A stretch of DNA of 64,000 nucleotides from Deltaproteobacteria bacterium (GTDB lineage: Bacteria; Desulfobacterota; GWC2-55-46; JADFVP01): NCBI GenBank assembly GCA_029262515.1, contig JAJCZH010000018.1, forward strand, positions 13,219-77,218, read 5' to 3'. A program made the translations under genes and the position numbers. The notes under the pieces were generated by a model. It searched no databases, was not told the origin of the DNA, and saw nothing but the letters and a program-made list of their open reading frames with translations. This document shows positions 1 to 9,111 of the stretch, piece after piece (positions within the stretch are counted from its first letter, which is position 1; every line of letters begins with the position of its first letter).

Positions 1-92
1 CCACATATAAAATTTACTCTGTGGCAGTTATGGTGGCCGGAGAGGGGGGCAGGGACTATACCCTTATGACCCTGAAGACCGTTTTACAATGA
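1..92 (+). CDS. 3' end of an upstream ORF (last ~30 codons, ...TLMTLKTVLQ*). Given the operon context it may be a T2SS minor pseudopilin such as GspI/GspH. Partial.
   Basis: An open frame runs into the window and ends at TGA 90-92, overlapping the ATG at 89 of the next gene (ATGA overlap typical of operons). Too short to identify. Confidence 0.2.
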   Translation, partial: TYKIYSVAVMVAGEGGRDYTLMTLKTVLQ

Positions 93-766
93 AGCGGCGC
101 AAGAACAAAAATATAAACGTGCCCGTTATGGCAGATGAGCGCGGGTTTACGCTTCTGGAGACTATTTTAGCACTGTCGATAGTGACGGTGATAGTAGGTG
201 TTCTTCTTATGGCCATGAGGCTCGGGATAAGCTCATGGGAGAAGGGCGGTTATTATGTGGAGGTTACAGGTATGAAGAGGTCGTTGGTGGAAATGCTTAA
301 CAGGGACCTCTCTTCTATTTATCCGTACATGGCGGACAGCGAGTCAGGCGGGAGCGATGAAAAGGAGTTTGTCTTTATGGGTAAGCCCGATTCAATACTC
401 TTTGTTACTTCATCGCGTACAAGCGTTACCATAATCCCATGGGGAGGTTTAAGATGGGTACACTACGGCGTGGATGAAGGCGGCTTTGTAATAAGGGAGA
501 AGACCGTGCCGAGCGAGAGCATGCTTGATGAGGAAGGAGGCGAAAGGTTTGAGATGGAGCCGGGCGTAAGCGCAGTAGATTTTTCGTACTTTGGCGAAGA
601 CGGCTGGGTAGAGTCGTGGAATATGACCGACACACAGAGACTGCCTGGCGCGGTTAAGGCGCGGTTCTCTTTTACGGACGACAGGGAGACACAGTCTATG
701 ATAATACCAGTTGCTTTGATGCAGCCGACCTATAACGGCGGTCTTGCAGAGCAGGGCAGGTTGTAG
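89..766 (+). CDS. gspJ: Type II secretion system minor pseudopilin GspJ-like
   Basis: N-terminal prepilin-type motif ...ERG/FTLLETILALSIVTVIVGVLL (G|F cleavage site, conserved Glu+5, hydrophobic helix). ~220 aa, typical of GspJ. An internal ATG at 128 would give the short leader MADERG, so the true start may be 128. Confidence 0.6.
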   Translation: MKRRKNKNINVPVMADERGFTLLETILALSIVTVIVGVLLMAMRLGISSWEKGGYYVEVTGMKRSLVEMLNRDLSSIYPYMADSESGGSDEKEFVFMGKPDSILFVTSSRTSVTIIPWGGLRWVHYGVDEGGFVIREKTVPSESMLDEEGGERFEMEPGVSAVDFSYFGEDGWVESWNMTDTQRLPGAVKARFSFTDDRETQSMIIPVALMQPTYNGGLAEQGRL

Positions 767-1763
767 TATGGACTTGCGGCCGAATAAGAGCGAAGCAAGA
801 GGCGGCCTTTGGCCAAAAGGGGTGCTTAAGAAGGTGATAGGTTCTGAGAGCGGTTTCTCCATGATCCTAGTTCTTATGGTCGTTGCGCTGCTTATGATAA
901 TAGCCGCCGAGTTCATGTACAGCGTAAGGGTTGAGAGCGGCTCGACACGGAACTTTAAAGACGAGGTCTCAGCGCACGGACTTGCTTTGGCCGGTATAAA
1001 TATGGCCATTGCCGAGATATTGGGAGAGTACGACATAGTCGGGCTCGACGCGACCGGCAGGCTTGCCTTTTACAGTAAAGAGCCGGGTATAGTTCCGCCC
1101 GTACGTGTTGAAACGCGTTTTATCTTCGGCCCCGGAGTGGTAAGCTACTCCATCATCGACGTGAACTCGAGGATTAATCTGAACAACGCCAAGAAAGAGA
1201 CGATAGTGGAGCTATTAAGGGTTACTGGTCAGGTGGACGCCCCCGCCAACATAATAGCGGACTCTATGCTGGACTGGAAAGACCCTAACCACGAGCACCA
1301 CTTAAACGGCGCGGAAGACGATTATTACGAGGCTTTGCCGCAGCCGTACTCTGCAAAAGACGGCCCCTTTGAAACGGTAGAGGAACTTCAGCTTTTACGG
1401 GGCATGAGCAAGGAGATATATTACGGGGTTGATGGTATTAGCAGAGGCATAGGGGAGCACCTTACGGTACATGGCTCCGGCAAGGTCAATATCAATACTG
1501 CCAGCGAGCTTGTTCTTGTAACCAAGTTCGGCAGGGGCCGGGCAGATGAGATACTGCTCAGGCGGCAGACCTCCGGTTACTTTGACCGGGCCGCCTACGG
1601 TGGAGTCATTACTTCAGATACCTTCTCCGTCCGTTCGGTCGGTACGGTTATGGGGTTAAAGGTCGGCATAAGGGCTGTTATAGAGAAACTCGACGGTAAG
1701 GCTGGCGGGCCGCAGAAGATTAAGGTCAAGTTCTGGAAAGAGCAGGGAACTGTAGCATTATAG
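744..1763 (+). CDS. gspK: Type II secretion system protein GspK-like
   Basis: Pseudopilin-like N-terminus SESGFSMILVLMVVALLMIIAAEF. C-terminal helix-hairpin-helix-like VNINTASELVLV. Size ~330 aa, immediately after gspJ. The ATG at 768 directly follows the gspJ TAG (764-766) and is the more likely start. 744 is a TTG. Confidence 0.6.
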   Translation: MQSRAGCSMDLRPNKSEARGGLWPKGVLKKVIGSESGFSMILVLMVVALLMIIAAEFMYSVRVESGSTRNFKDEVSAHGLALAGINMAIAEILGEYDIVGLDATGRLAFYSKEPGIVPPVRVETRFIFGPGVVSYSIIDVNSRINLNNAKKETIVELLRVTGQVDAPANIIADSMLDWKDPNHEHHLNGAEDDYYEALPQPYSAKDGPFETVEELQLLRGMSKEIYYGVDGISRGIGEHLTVHGSGKVNINTASELVLVTKFGRGRADEILLRRQTSGYFDRAAYGGVITSDTFSVRSVGTVMGLKVGIRAVIEKLDGKAGGPQKIKVKFWKEQGTVAL

Positions 1764-1779
1764 TTTTGTATGAGGAAGT

Positions 1780-3165
1780 ATGGATATTTTCGGTGTAGAC
1801 ATAAAGTCCGGCTCATGGATGGTGATACATGTAAAGCGCACGCTATTTGGCGTTAAACTTATTAAGTCCATGGAGTTAAGCTCCGCAGATATTGCCGAAC
1901 GGCTCGATGCGCTGGAGTACTATCTCGCCTCCAGAGGTGGCGGTAACAGTCGTATAGCAATAACACTGCCACGGGGCTCTTATGTCTCAAGGGTGCTCAA
2001 TATACCGGCTCCCGGGGCTGATGCCATAGAAGGCATACTAAAGTTCGAACTCGACAAGCACCTACCGTACCCTGTGGAGGAGGCCTGCTTCTCGTTTGAA
2101 GTATTAAAGAAGGAAAGGAACATCTACACAGTCTACTTTGCCGCCGCCAGAAACGAGTATGTCGACGGCCTTGTCTCGGAGTTTAGTGCACGCAGTATTG
2201 AGCCGTATATTATCGGTGTCGAACAGGCCTCTTTCCTGAATGCGGTACTCTTTAAGAAGAAGGAGTTTGCCTCTTTGAACACAGCCTTTGTACAGGCTGG
2301 AGCAGAGGGTTTTACTCTCGACCTGATACGCGAAAGTGTGCTGGTTTACTCAAAGAGCATATTTACCGGGTCACCGATGAGCGCGGACTGTCTCGACAAG
2401 GTGAGTATGGAACTGAAGGCGGCAACCGCAGGTTTTTCCGACCCCGCCGCATCCGGAGCCAAGATAGACCGCTGTATTGTGGTCTCTGATCAGGAGGTTG
2501 ATAAGGACTTTCTGGCCGAGCTCTCCAAACGGACGAATATAGAAGTAGAGTCTGGAGACTGCTTTAACGGTACTGGCTCTCTCCAAGAAAACCTGCCTGC
2601 TTTCGGGGCGGCTGTTTCAGCCTCTGGCAAGGGCCGTTTCGGCATAGATCTCGGCACCTCAAGGCCTGACAATACTTTATACAATACTGTGGCGCTGGCG
2701 GTTGTTGCCGTACTGTGCCTTGTGGTTGTCGCGGCCTCATATGTCGGAAGGGACGTTATGGCGGTTAACAGGTTTGAGTCTGCGGTCTCTTTGATAAAGA
2801 CAAAGGGTGAAAAGATGCGCGCTCTTACCGAGTCGGCCATAGAGATGGACAAGCGCGTAGGGCTGCTTGAGCATGCAAGGGGTCTCAGGTCTTACGGGGT
2901 TATGGATGTCTTCAAGGAACTTTCGGAGATTGTTCCGTCGAACACGTGGCTTACCGGCTTCGAGTATAAAGGTGAGAGCGTGTTTCTCGAGGGCTTCTCG
3001 CGCAACGCCTCTGCCATGCTCTTTGTGCTTGAGAGGTCACCGATGTTTAAAGACATCGAGTTGACCGGTCAGGTCGTGAAGCGGAACGGCAAAGAGCACT
3101 TTACGCTGAAACTGCGTACAAGACAGCTTGGAGAGGTAAGATTCCCTTCCGGGGAGGGACGATGA
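1780..3165 (+). CDS. gspL: GspL-like (PilM/PilN-type) T2SS inner-membrane assembly protein. Cytoplasmic actin-like domain, single TM, periplasmic domain.
   Basis: ~270 aa cytoplasmic domain, then a single TM segment (LYNTVALAVVAVLCLVVVAASYV), then a ~130 aa periplasmic domain. Position after gspK and before a GspM-like gene. Confidence 0.5.
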   Translation: MDIFGVDIKSGSWMVIHVKRTLFGVKLIKSMELSSADIAERLDALEYYLASRGGGNSRIAITLPRGSYVSRVLNIPAPGADAIEGILKFELDKHLPYPVEEACFSFEVLKKERNIYTVYFAAARNEYVDGLVSEFSARSIEPYIIGVEQASFLNAVLFKKKEFASLNTAFVQAGAEGFTLDLIRESVLVYSKSIFTGSPMSADCLDKVSMELKAATAGFSDPAASGAKIDRCIVVSDQEVDKDFLAELSKRTNIEVESGDCFNGTGSLQENLPAFGAAVSASGKGRFGIDLGTSRPDNTLYNTVALAVVAVLCLVVVAASYVGRDVMAVNRFESAVSLIKTKGEKMRALTESAIEMDKRVGLLEHARGLRSYGVMDVFKELSEIVPSNTWLTGFEYKGESVFLEGFSRNASAMLFVLERSPMFKDIELTGQVVKRNGKEHFTLKLRTRQLGEVRFPSGEGR

Positions 3166-3761
3166 AGGGCCTAAGCACGATCATAATAAAGGCTTTCAGG
3201 GACAACAGCAGGCTTTTGCCTGCTGTTGTTATAATCGCTGTACTGGTAACGGTCCTTGTGGCGAGATCCATACTCAATTACCATGAGGCTGCGCAAAGGT
3301 CCATAGCCCTCAATGCGGAAAGGTACTCGACTGTCAAGGCCGGGCTTATGCGCAAAGAAGGGCTGGTGGCATCTGTTGACTCTGCAAAAATACGGCTAGA
3401 AGAGCTAGAGCCGGGACTGCTTAAGGCGAAAAAACCGGCCATTGCCGTTGCCGAGATTCAAGAGGCGATAAAGAAGATAGCTGACCGCCGGGGGTTGGCT
3501 ATAATCTCGCAAAAAGCGCTCAAGAGAACGGACAAGGGGCCCTATATAACCGTTTCGGTTGAGCTGCAGGTAAAGACGACTACGCCGCAGTTGAGAAAGG
3601 TACTGTATGACATAATAAAGGCAGACGTTATTATGAACGTCAGCTACTTGAGAGCTAGAGCTTTGAATGAAAAGGGGTCGGGGCGGATAAATGTGACTCT
3701 CGTTGTTGAAGGGCTGATGCTTAAGACAGAGGGAGAGTCCGAGAAAGAACTACGGTCTTGA
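3162..3761 (+). CDS. gspM: GspM/PilO-like bitopic inner-membrane protein
   Basis: 199 aa. N-terminal TM (LLPAVVIIAVLVTVLVARSIL) followed by a coiled-coil/periplasmic domain. Start overlaps the upstream stop (ATGA). Operon position matches gspM. Confidence 0.45.
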   Translation: MKGLSTIIIKAFRDNSRLLPAVVIIAVLVTVLVARSILNYHEAAQRSIALNAERYSTVKAGLMRKEGLVASVDSAKIRLEELEPGLLKAKKPAIAVAEIQEAIKKIADRRGLAIISQKALKRTDKGPYITVSVELQVKTTTPQLRKVLYDIIKADVIMNVSYLRARALNEKGSGRINVTLVVEGLMLKTEGESEKELRS

Positions 3762-4303
3762 CGCACATGCAATTTTCCAAAGATAAATTTCGCATCGTAA
3801 ACATGTTTCTCGCACTCTTTTGCGCGGCAATAGCGATATGGGTCCTTTGGCTGTGGTTACAGCCTAAGGAGAGTCCTTCCCTGTCGGCTGAAGAGACTAC
3901 GTCCCGGCCGGCAGTAAAGGAGGTCGCGAAGATAGAGCTTAAACGCGCGGACGCATATTACGTTATTGAGAGTAAAGATCTTTTCAGGTCGAGCAGGCGC
4001 AAGTACGTGCCCCCGTCGCGCCCAAAGCCTGTTAAGGTAGCTGCTCCGCCCCCGCCTGCGCCTCCGCCTGCGCCAAAGCTTACGCTTGTGGGCACTCTAT
4101 TTCTTGATGATGGGTGGGCAGCTTTAGTAGCTTATGCAGGAAACGCTGCGACCTACTATAAGGTCGGCGACACTCTGCGTGACTTCACCGTTAAGGAGAT
4201 AAGCAAGAATTATATAGTTATTAACAGAGGTGACGAATCGGTCAGGTTTAACATGGATAAGACAGAAAAGAGTAGCACGCCAAGGTGGCCTGTGCAAAGG
4301 TAG
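3758..4303 (+). CDS. GspC/PilP-like secretin-associated protein. TM anchor, proline-rich linker, C-terminal beta domain.
   Basis: N-terminal TM (IVNMFLALFCAAIAIWVLWLWL), Pro-rich stretch PPSRPKPVKVAAPPPPAPPPAPK, then a ~70 aa C-terminal domain. Lies immediately upstream of the secretin, as GspC/PilP typically do. Confidence 0.35.
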   Translation: MTHMQFSKDKFRIVNMFLALFCAAIAIWVLWLWLQPKESPSLSAEETTSRPAVKEVAKIELKRADAYYVIESKDLFRSSRRKYVPPSRPKPVKVAAPPPPAPPPAPKLTLVGTLFLDDGWAALVAYAGNAATYYKVGDTLRDFTVKEISKNYIVINRGDESVRFNMDKTEKSSTPRWPVQR

Positions 4304-4471
4304 CCGGCGTACGGCGCGTCTTTACGCAGTGTTGGCGTTCGTAAGAGTGCTGTTTTTTACGACAACGTATGCACAGAATTTCTTTAAGCTTTTAACTTAG
4401 AAAGCGATAGTATTAGAATGATAGACAGGTTTTTCAAAGGCTACCACCCTATTGGTAAGGAGTGGGCGAGT

Positions 4472-6619
4472 ATGACGTGCATAAGGATTATTTTGATCCT
4501 GTGTGCAGTCATGCTTCTTATCTCCACACAGACAACCGCCGCAAACGCACGCAGCAGGGCAAAGCCTAATCTGCATAGGCTCCCTATACCTGCTGGTGAC
4601 AAGAAACCGGTAGACTTTTCCGACAAGAAGTCTTCAGAGACCCTACAGGATCCCATGCTGTCAGACGATGCAATCGAGGTAATCGAGTTGCCTAAGTCGT
4701 TACCGACTGCGCCACAAGGCGTGGTAACACCGGAAGCGCGCAAGGCTAAGTCAACAGCCAAGGACGCCGGCACGGTAATGCTCAACTTCAATAACGCTGG
4801 GCTCGGTAGTATCCTTAAGACCGTCGGGAATATTACAGGAAAGAACTTCATACTGGCCCCCGGCGTAAACGCGAAGATATCTATACAGACCACCAAGCCC
4901 ATTTTCAGAGCAGAGGTGTTCGGTATCTTTGAGACGATACTTGATCTGAACGGGCTCGCCGCTGTGAAAACCGGGTCGTATTATATGATTGTGATGTCTT
5001 CAGTTGCGAAACAGCGTCCTATCGACGTGATCGGGGACCGCAAGAGTATTCCCTCCGGTGACAGCATGATAAACCTCATAGTACCGGTGAAGTTCATAAC
5101 GTCGAATGAGCTTATCCAGGTACTAAAACCAATGGCCTCTCCGGCGGGCAACATGGTCAATTATCTCAAGACCAATACGCTGATTATAACCGACACCGCC
5201 TCGAATATGAGGAAGTTCACTAAGCTAATAGATATACTCGACGTGGACCTCTTCAGCAAGATGATTATAGAGCTGATACCCATTGCCAATGTAGATGTAA
5301 AGACCTTCGCTAAAGAGCTCTCTGATGTGCTCGGCGCCTTTGGCTATGGTACTAATTCGACTCAGCTCTCTGTCGTGCCCATTGAGCGGTTAAACAGCGT
5401 AATGCTTATGAGCCAGAGCCCTAAGATAATGGACTCGGCTAAACAGTGGATAAGCAAGCTCGACAGCAGCACGTCCTCCGAAGGAAATCAGATAAACATA
5501 TATTACGTACAGAACGATAAGGCGTCTAATTTAAAGACATTCCTTGAGCAGATATTCGAAGATACCAAGGGGCCGTCCGCTTCGGCATTCAACGCGAAGG
5601 CCAGAGTAACGCCTGGTGTTACCGTATCCACCTTGAGCGCTCAGTCGGAACGCGCGGCAACGGGAAGCAAGAAACTTAATATATACCTCTATGAACCTAC
5701 CAATGCGCTCATCATATATTCATCGAGACGGGACTACCAGAACATACTCAGTACCCTCAAAGAGCTTGACCGCCCCCCGAAACAGGTCCTTATCGATGCT
5801 CTTATCGCCGAGATAAAGCTCGATGAAACTACGAAGTACGGCATACAGTGGTCCGTACTGAACGGACACGCAAACATACAGCAGAACACAGGGGTAGTTT
5901 CAAGCACCCTGTCTAACGCAGCCAATGCGATAAGCCCTCCGTTTGGCGTGGCAGCCCCTACGGGTCTGAGCGTATTGGCCACCGACGCGAGCAAGTTCTT
6001 CGGTGTCCTGCAGGCGCTGGCAACCAAGGGCAAGGTAAACGTGCTCAGCAATCCGCACATACTGGTCAAGAATTATGAGAAGGCCACTATCAACATAGGT
6101 AGCGATGAGCCGGTGGCAACTCAGTCAACGCAATCTGCTGTAACCGGCACCGCCAGCCTCATTCAAAGTATTGAGTATAGAAAGACAGGCATCATCCTGA
6201 CGGTAAGCCCCCAGATAGCCGAGGGCGGGATGGTCGCGATGAATGTTAGGCAGGAGGTCAGTGATAAGTCGACCGACAGAACAGTAGGCAACGCGGTCTA
6301 TCCTTCGTTTTCGCAAAGAGAGGCTGAGACGACGGTTGTGGCCAAGAATAACGAGATGCTTGTTATAGGCGGCCTTATGCAGGAGAAGCACGACAGGAGC
6401 AACAGCGGCATACCTCTTTTAAAAGATATTCCATTTTTCGGTAATCTGTTTAAGTTTAGCAGCATTGTCGACAGCAAGACGGAGCTTTTAATACTTATTA
6501 CTCCCAGGGTGATATCGAACTCTGAAGAGGCTTCAGATATGAGCAATGAAATGCAAGACAAGCTTGGTGATTTAAGGGATTTGCTCGGTCAAAGAAAGAC
6601 TGGTGTGGTCGTCGAATAA
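4472..6619 (+). CDS. gspD: Type II secretion system secretin GspD
   Basis: Signal peptide MTCIRIILILCAVMLLISTQTTAANA. N0-like domain (MLNFNNAGLGSILKTVGNITGKNFIL). C-terminal secretin domain (VIGGLMQEKHDRSNSGIPLLKDIPFFGNLFKFSS...LLILITPRVI). An RBS-like AAGGAG lies ~10 nt upstream of ATG 4472. The ORF-track start is 4418. Confidence 0.8.
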   Translation: MTCIRIILILCAVMLLISTQTTAANARSRAKPNLHRLPIPAGDKKPVDFSDKKSSETLQDPMLSDDAIEVIELPKSLPTAPQGVVTPEARKAKSTAKDAGTVMLNFNNAGLGSILKTVGNITGKNFILAPGVNAKISIQTTKPIFRAEVFGIFETILDLNGLAAVKTGSYYMIVMSSVAKQRPIDVIGDRKSIPSGDSMINLIVPVKFITSNELIQVLKPMASPAGNMVNYLKTNTLIITDTASNMRKFTKLIDILDVDLFSKMIIELIPIANVDVKTFAKELSDVLGAFGYGTNSTQLSVVPIERLNSVMLMSQSPKIMDSAKQWISKLDSSTSSEGNQINIYYVQNDKASNLKTFLEQIFEDTKGPSASAFNAKARVTPGVTVSTLSAQSERAATGSKKLNIYLYEPTNALIIYSSRRDYQNILSTLKELDRPPKQVLIDALIAEIKLDETTKYGIQWSVLNGHANIQQNTGVVSSTLSNAANAISPPFGVAAPTGLSVLATDASKFFGVLQALATKGKVNVLSNPHILVKNYEKATINIGSDEPVATQSTQSAVTGTASLIQSIEYRKTGIILTVSPQIAEGGMVAMNVRQEVSDKSTDRTVGNAVYPSFSQREAETTVVAKNNEMLVIGGLMQEKHDRSNSGIPLLKDIPFFGNLFKFSSIVDSKTELLILITPRVISNSEEASDMSNEMQDKLGDLRDLLGQRKTGVVVE

Positions 6620-6990
6620 GGGATATATAGACAGGTCAGGCAGTATTCTACTTTACACCTCTTGATGTCTGAAAAACCAGTCGAAAAGAATATTTGAAAA
6701 AAGTATAGCCGTGCCGGTTAGCAGGCTATCCACACCTGCAACTACAAGTATTAACACGGGTTGGACTTGAACTGTTGGCCATGGTGCATTGGGTTGTGAG
6801 AAAGGATATACCGCGATGATCTTGGTTAAGATCTTTTCCTTAACTTAACCGATACGCTTGGTTATTTAACTTACTTTGTCTCAGTATAGGGGTTCACCCC
6901 ACCCCACTGTTCTAAAATTGTGCTAAAAGGAATCCAAAAGAGCATAAAATAACAGAAGTGATTTTGTTGAAGTGATCTGACAATTAGTAA

Positions 6991-7030
6991 AGGCCCGTCT
7001 ACTCGTAAGAGTAGACGGGCCTTTTTTGTT
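6991..7030. terminator. Bidirectional rho-independent terminator between the convergent gspD (+) and NrfD-cytochrome (-) genes
   Basis: Perfect 14-bp stem AGGCCCGTCTACTC/GAGTAGACGGGCCT with loop GTAA. T-run TTTTTTGTT downstream, A-rich stretch upstream. Confidence 0.6.
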
Positions 7031-7052
7031 TACGCTAAGTTTAGTGGAGCCG

Positions 7053-9101
7053 TTAGTGGCCGTTTTCGTAGTCGGCCTCGGTTCTGGTCCTCGGGTAGTG
7101 AGGTTTCGGTTCCGGCTTTACGGGTTCGAACCTCTTTACCTGCACCATGTGCGGGTTATGGCACTCCGTGCAGACCCACCATCTCTTCTTTCCGCCTTCG
7201 GTCCACATGCCTATTCTCTTGCCGTGAATTCCGTCGCGCCAGTCGCTGTAGATCTGGCCGTGGCACTTGCCGCAGAGCCTCTGGGGCTGGTTGAAACTGA
7301 TCTCATTGCCCTTATGGTCGATCAATGTATCCCTGTTTCTGGGATTGTGGCAGTCGAGGCACCATATGGCGCCCCTGCCGTGCTGGAGGCTCATAGAGTC
7401 TTCAACGATGTCCTGGTGCATGCCGATTAAGCGCGGCTCCTTGCTCTTCGGATAAGGTACGGTAACTCCGTCGTGGCAGTTGGTGCAGGGCATAAACCAC
7501 TTTAGCTGCTTTGTCCTCGGCTTGACTACCGCCTCTTCATGGTCGTAGGCGCCCTCTACCGGCATCTTACCCATCGGCCAGGTGCCGTCAAAAGGGTCTC
7601 CGAACCAGAGCACGGCGCCTGTCGTCTTTGAGCATTTTATGTTCGTCTCCCCGGTGTCGATCTCTCTTCTTTGCCGTGTTGAGTAGACCTCTCTGCTCTC
7701 GAAACACTCTGAAGGCTCTTCGAGCATGGCCGGCTCTTCGGTCCCGTGCCCGGCCTGTTTATCCGACGCGGAGACAATTGAAGGTATGGTAATGAGTGCG
7801 GCCGAGATGCAGATAGCGAGTATGTGCAGGCTCTTTTCGATAGCGCGCCCTCTCTTCTTCCACTGGTTCGAGAAGCTCCACTCACTCTTGGACTGTGCTT
7901 TAACGTCCCCGGAGACGACGCCTATGGCCGCTCTCGTCATAACGGTAAAGAGGAAGAGACCCGTGGCCCAGACCCCGAGCACGTTAATGATCTCAATGCC
8001 CGACGGTGTGTACTCAGAGAACTCGCCTATTGGCGTCGGTATGAAGGCCGGTACGACGAGGCCCATGCCCTTGTCTATCCAGATGCCCACAAATGTGCAG
8101 ACGCAGGCGAGCGGCAGCCAGAAGGTATGGTGTTTTCTCAGGCGAGGAATAATGAAGATGAAGAATGAGAAGAGCAGCAGAATGACGGCTGCTTTGTACC
8201 ATATCGTAAGGCCCGTAAAGCCTTCATGCCCTACGATAAGGTATTGTAGCGAGAAGGAGTGTTCGGTTACGTGGTAGAGTTCGGTGACTACCTCCGAGAG
8301 GCCGAGAAAGATAACGATTGCCAGGGCCCAGCCCACGATCTGAGAGAGCGTATCTATGGCTCTATCATGTATCTTGAACTTGGTCATGCTCCTTACCAGC
8401 AGGAAGGCTATGATAATCATCGACGGGCCGGCCGCAAAGGCGGTCGTTATGAACTTTATCGGCATTATCGAATGGAACCACATCGGTCTCGCCGGCAGCG
8501 TATTGATAAGAAAGGCCGTAACCGTATGTATGGAGACCGCCCATACGATGGAGAGGTAGACGAGCGGTTTGTAGAAGGTATTATTCAACTGTCTGCCGTG
8601 ATACTTCGTATAGAGGAAGTAGGAGGCGGCCAATACATTGATAAAGAAGTAGCCGTTAACTACCAGGACGTCCCATGCGAGTATTGAGTTCGGAAAGTTC
8701 ATTATGCCGACTATAGGCATCATGTGCCACAGCCTGTCGGGCCGTCCCATGTGAAGCATGATAAAGAGCAGCACCATGTAGATAGCCGATATGGCAAGCA
8801 TCTCTCCGATGATATAGACTTCCTTCAGCTCCTTGTGCTTGTAGATGTAAGCGGGAAAGACGACCGTTACGGCCGCCGCCGCCAGACCTACAAGGAAGAT
8901 AAACTGTGATTCGTATATGCCCCAGCTTACCTGGTCGTTGTAGTTGGTCACGATCATGCCGTTTACGGTCTGCAGGTAGGAGCCGTACATCATTGCGAAG
9001 ACCAGCACACAAAGGAAGCCAAGCCATGCATAATATTTCTTTGATCCGCTCGCAAAGGCGTATAACAGAACATCTACAGCGAATTTTGCAATATTTCCCA
9101 C
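7053..9101 (-). CDS. NrfD/PsrC-family polytopic membrane subunit fused to a C-terminal tetraheme c-type cytochrome domain
   Basis: The N-terminal ~430 aa are highly hydrophobic with many TM helices (NrfD/PsrC/ActC-like quinone-interacting subunit). The C-terminal ~240 aa contain four CXXCH motifs (CTNCH, CLDCH, CGKCH, CTECH). A GAGAGG RBS precedes the GTG start. Confidence 0.7.
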   Translation of the reverse strand: MGNIAKFAVDVLLYAFASGSKKYYAWLGFLCVLVFAMMYGSYLQTVNGMIVTNYNDQVSWGIYESQFIFLVGLAAAAVTVVFPAYIYKHKELKEVYIIGEMLAISAIYMVLLFIMLHMGRPDRLWHMMPIVGIMNFPNSILAWDVLVVNGYFFINVLAASYFLYTKYHGRQLNNTFYKPLVYLSIVWAVSIHTVTAFLINTLPARPMWFHSIMPIKFITTAFAAGPSMIIIAFLLVRSMTKFKIHDRAIDTLSQIVGWALAIVIFLGLSEVVTELYHVTEHSFSLQYLIVGHEGFTGLTIWYKAAVILLLFSFFIFIIPRLRKHHTFWLPLACVCTFVGIWIDKGMGLVVPAFIPTPIGEFSEYTPSGIEIINVLGVWATGLFLFTVMTRAAIGVVSGDVKAQSKSEWSFSNQWKKRGRAIEKSLHILAICISAALITIPSIVSASDKQAGHGTEEPAMLEEPSECFESREVYSTRQRREIDTGETNIKCSKTTGAVLWFGDPFDGTWPMGKMPVEGAYDHEEAVVKPRTKQLKWFMPCTNCHDGVTVPYPKSKEPRLIGMHQDIVEDSMSLQHGRGAIWCLDCHNPRNRDTLIDHKGNEISFNQPQRLCGKCHGQIYSDWRDGIHGKRIGMWTEGGKKRWWVCTECHNPHMVQVKRFEPVKPEPKPHYPRTRTEADYENGH

Positions 9102-9111
9102 GTTTGACCTC

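Noticed and set aside
7115-7135. GGGTTCGAACC, a tRNA T-arm-like motif
   Set aside because: It lies inside the coding region of the NrfD-cytochrome gene. There is no flanking acceptor or anticodon-stem complementarity, so it is not a tRNA.
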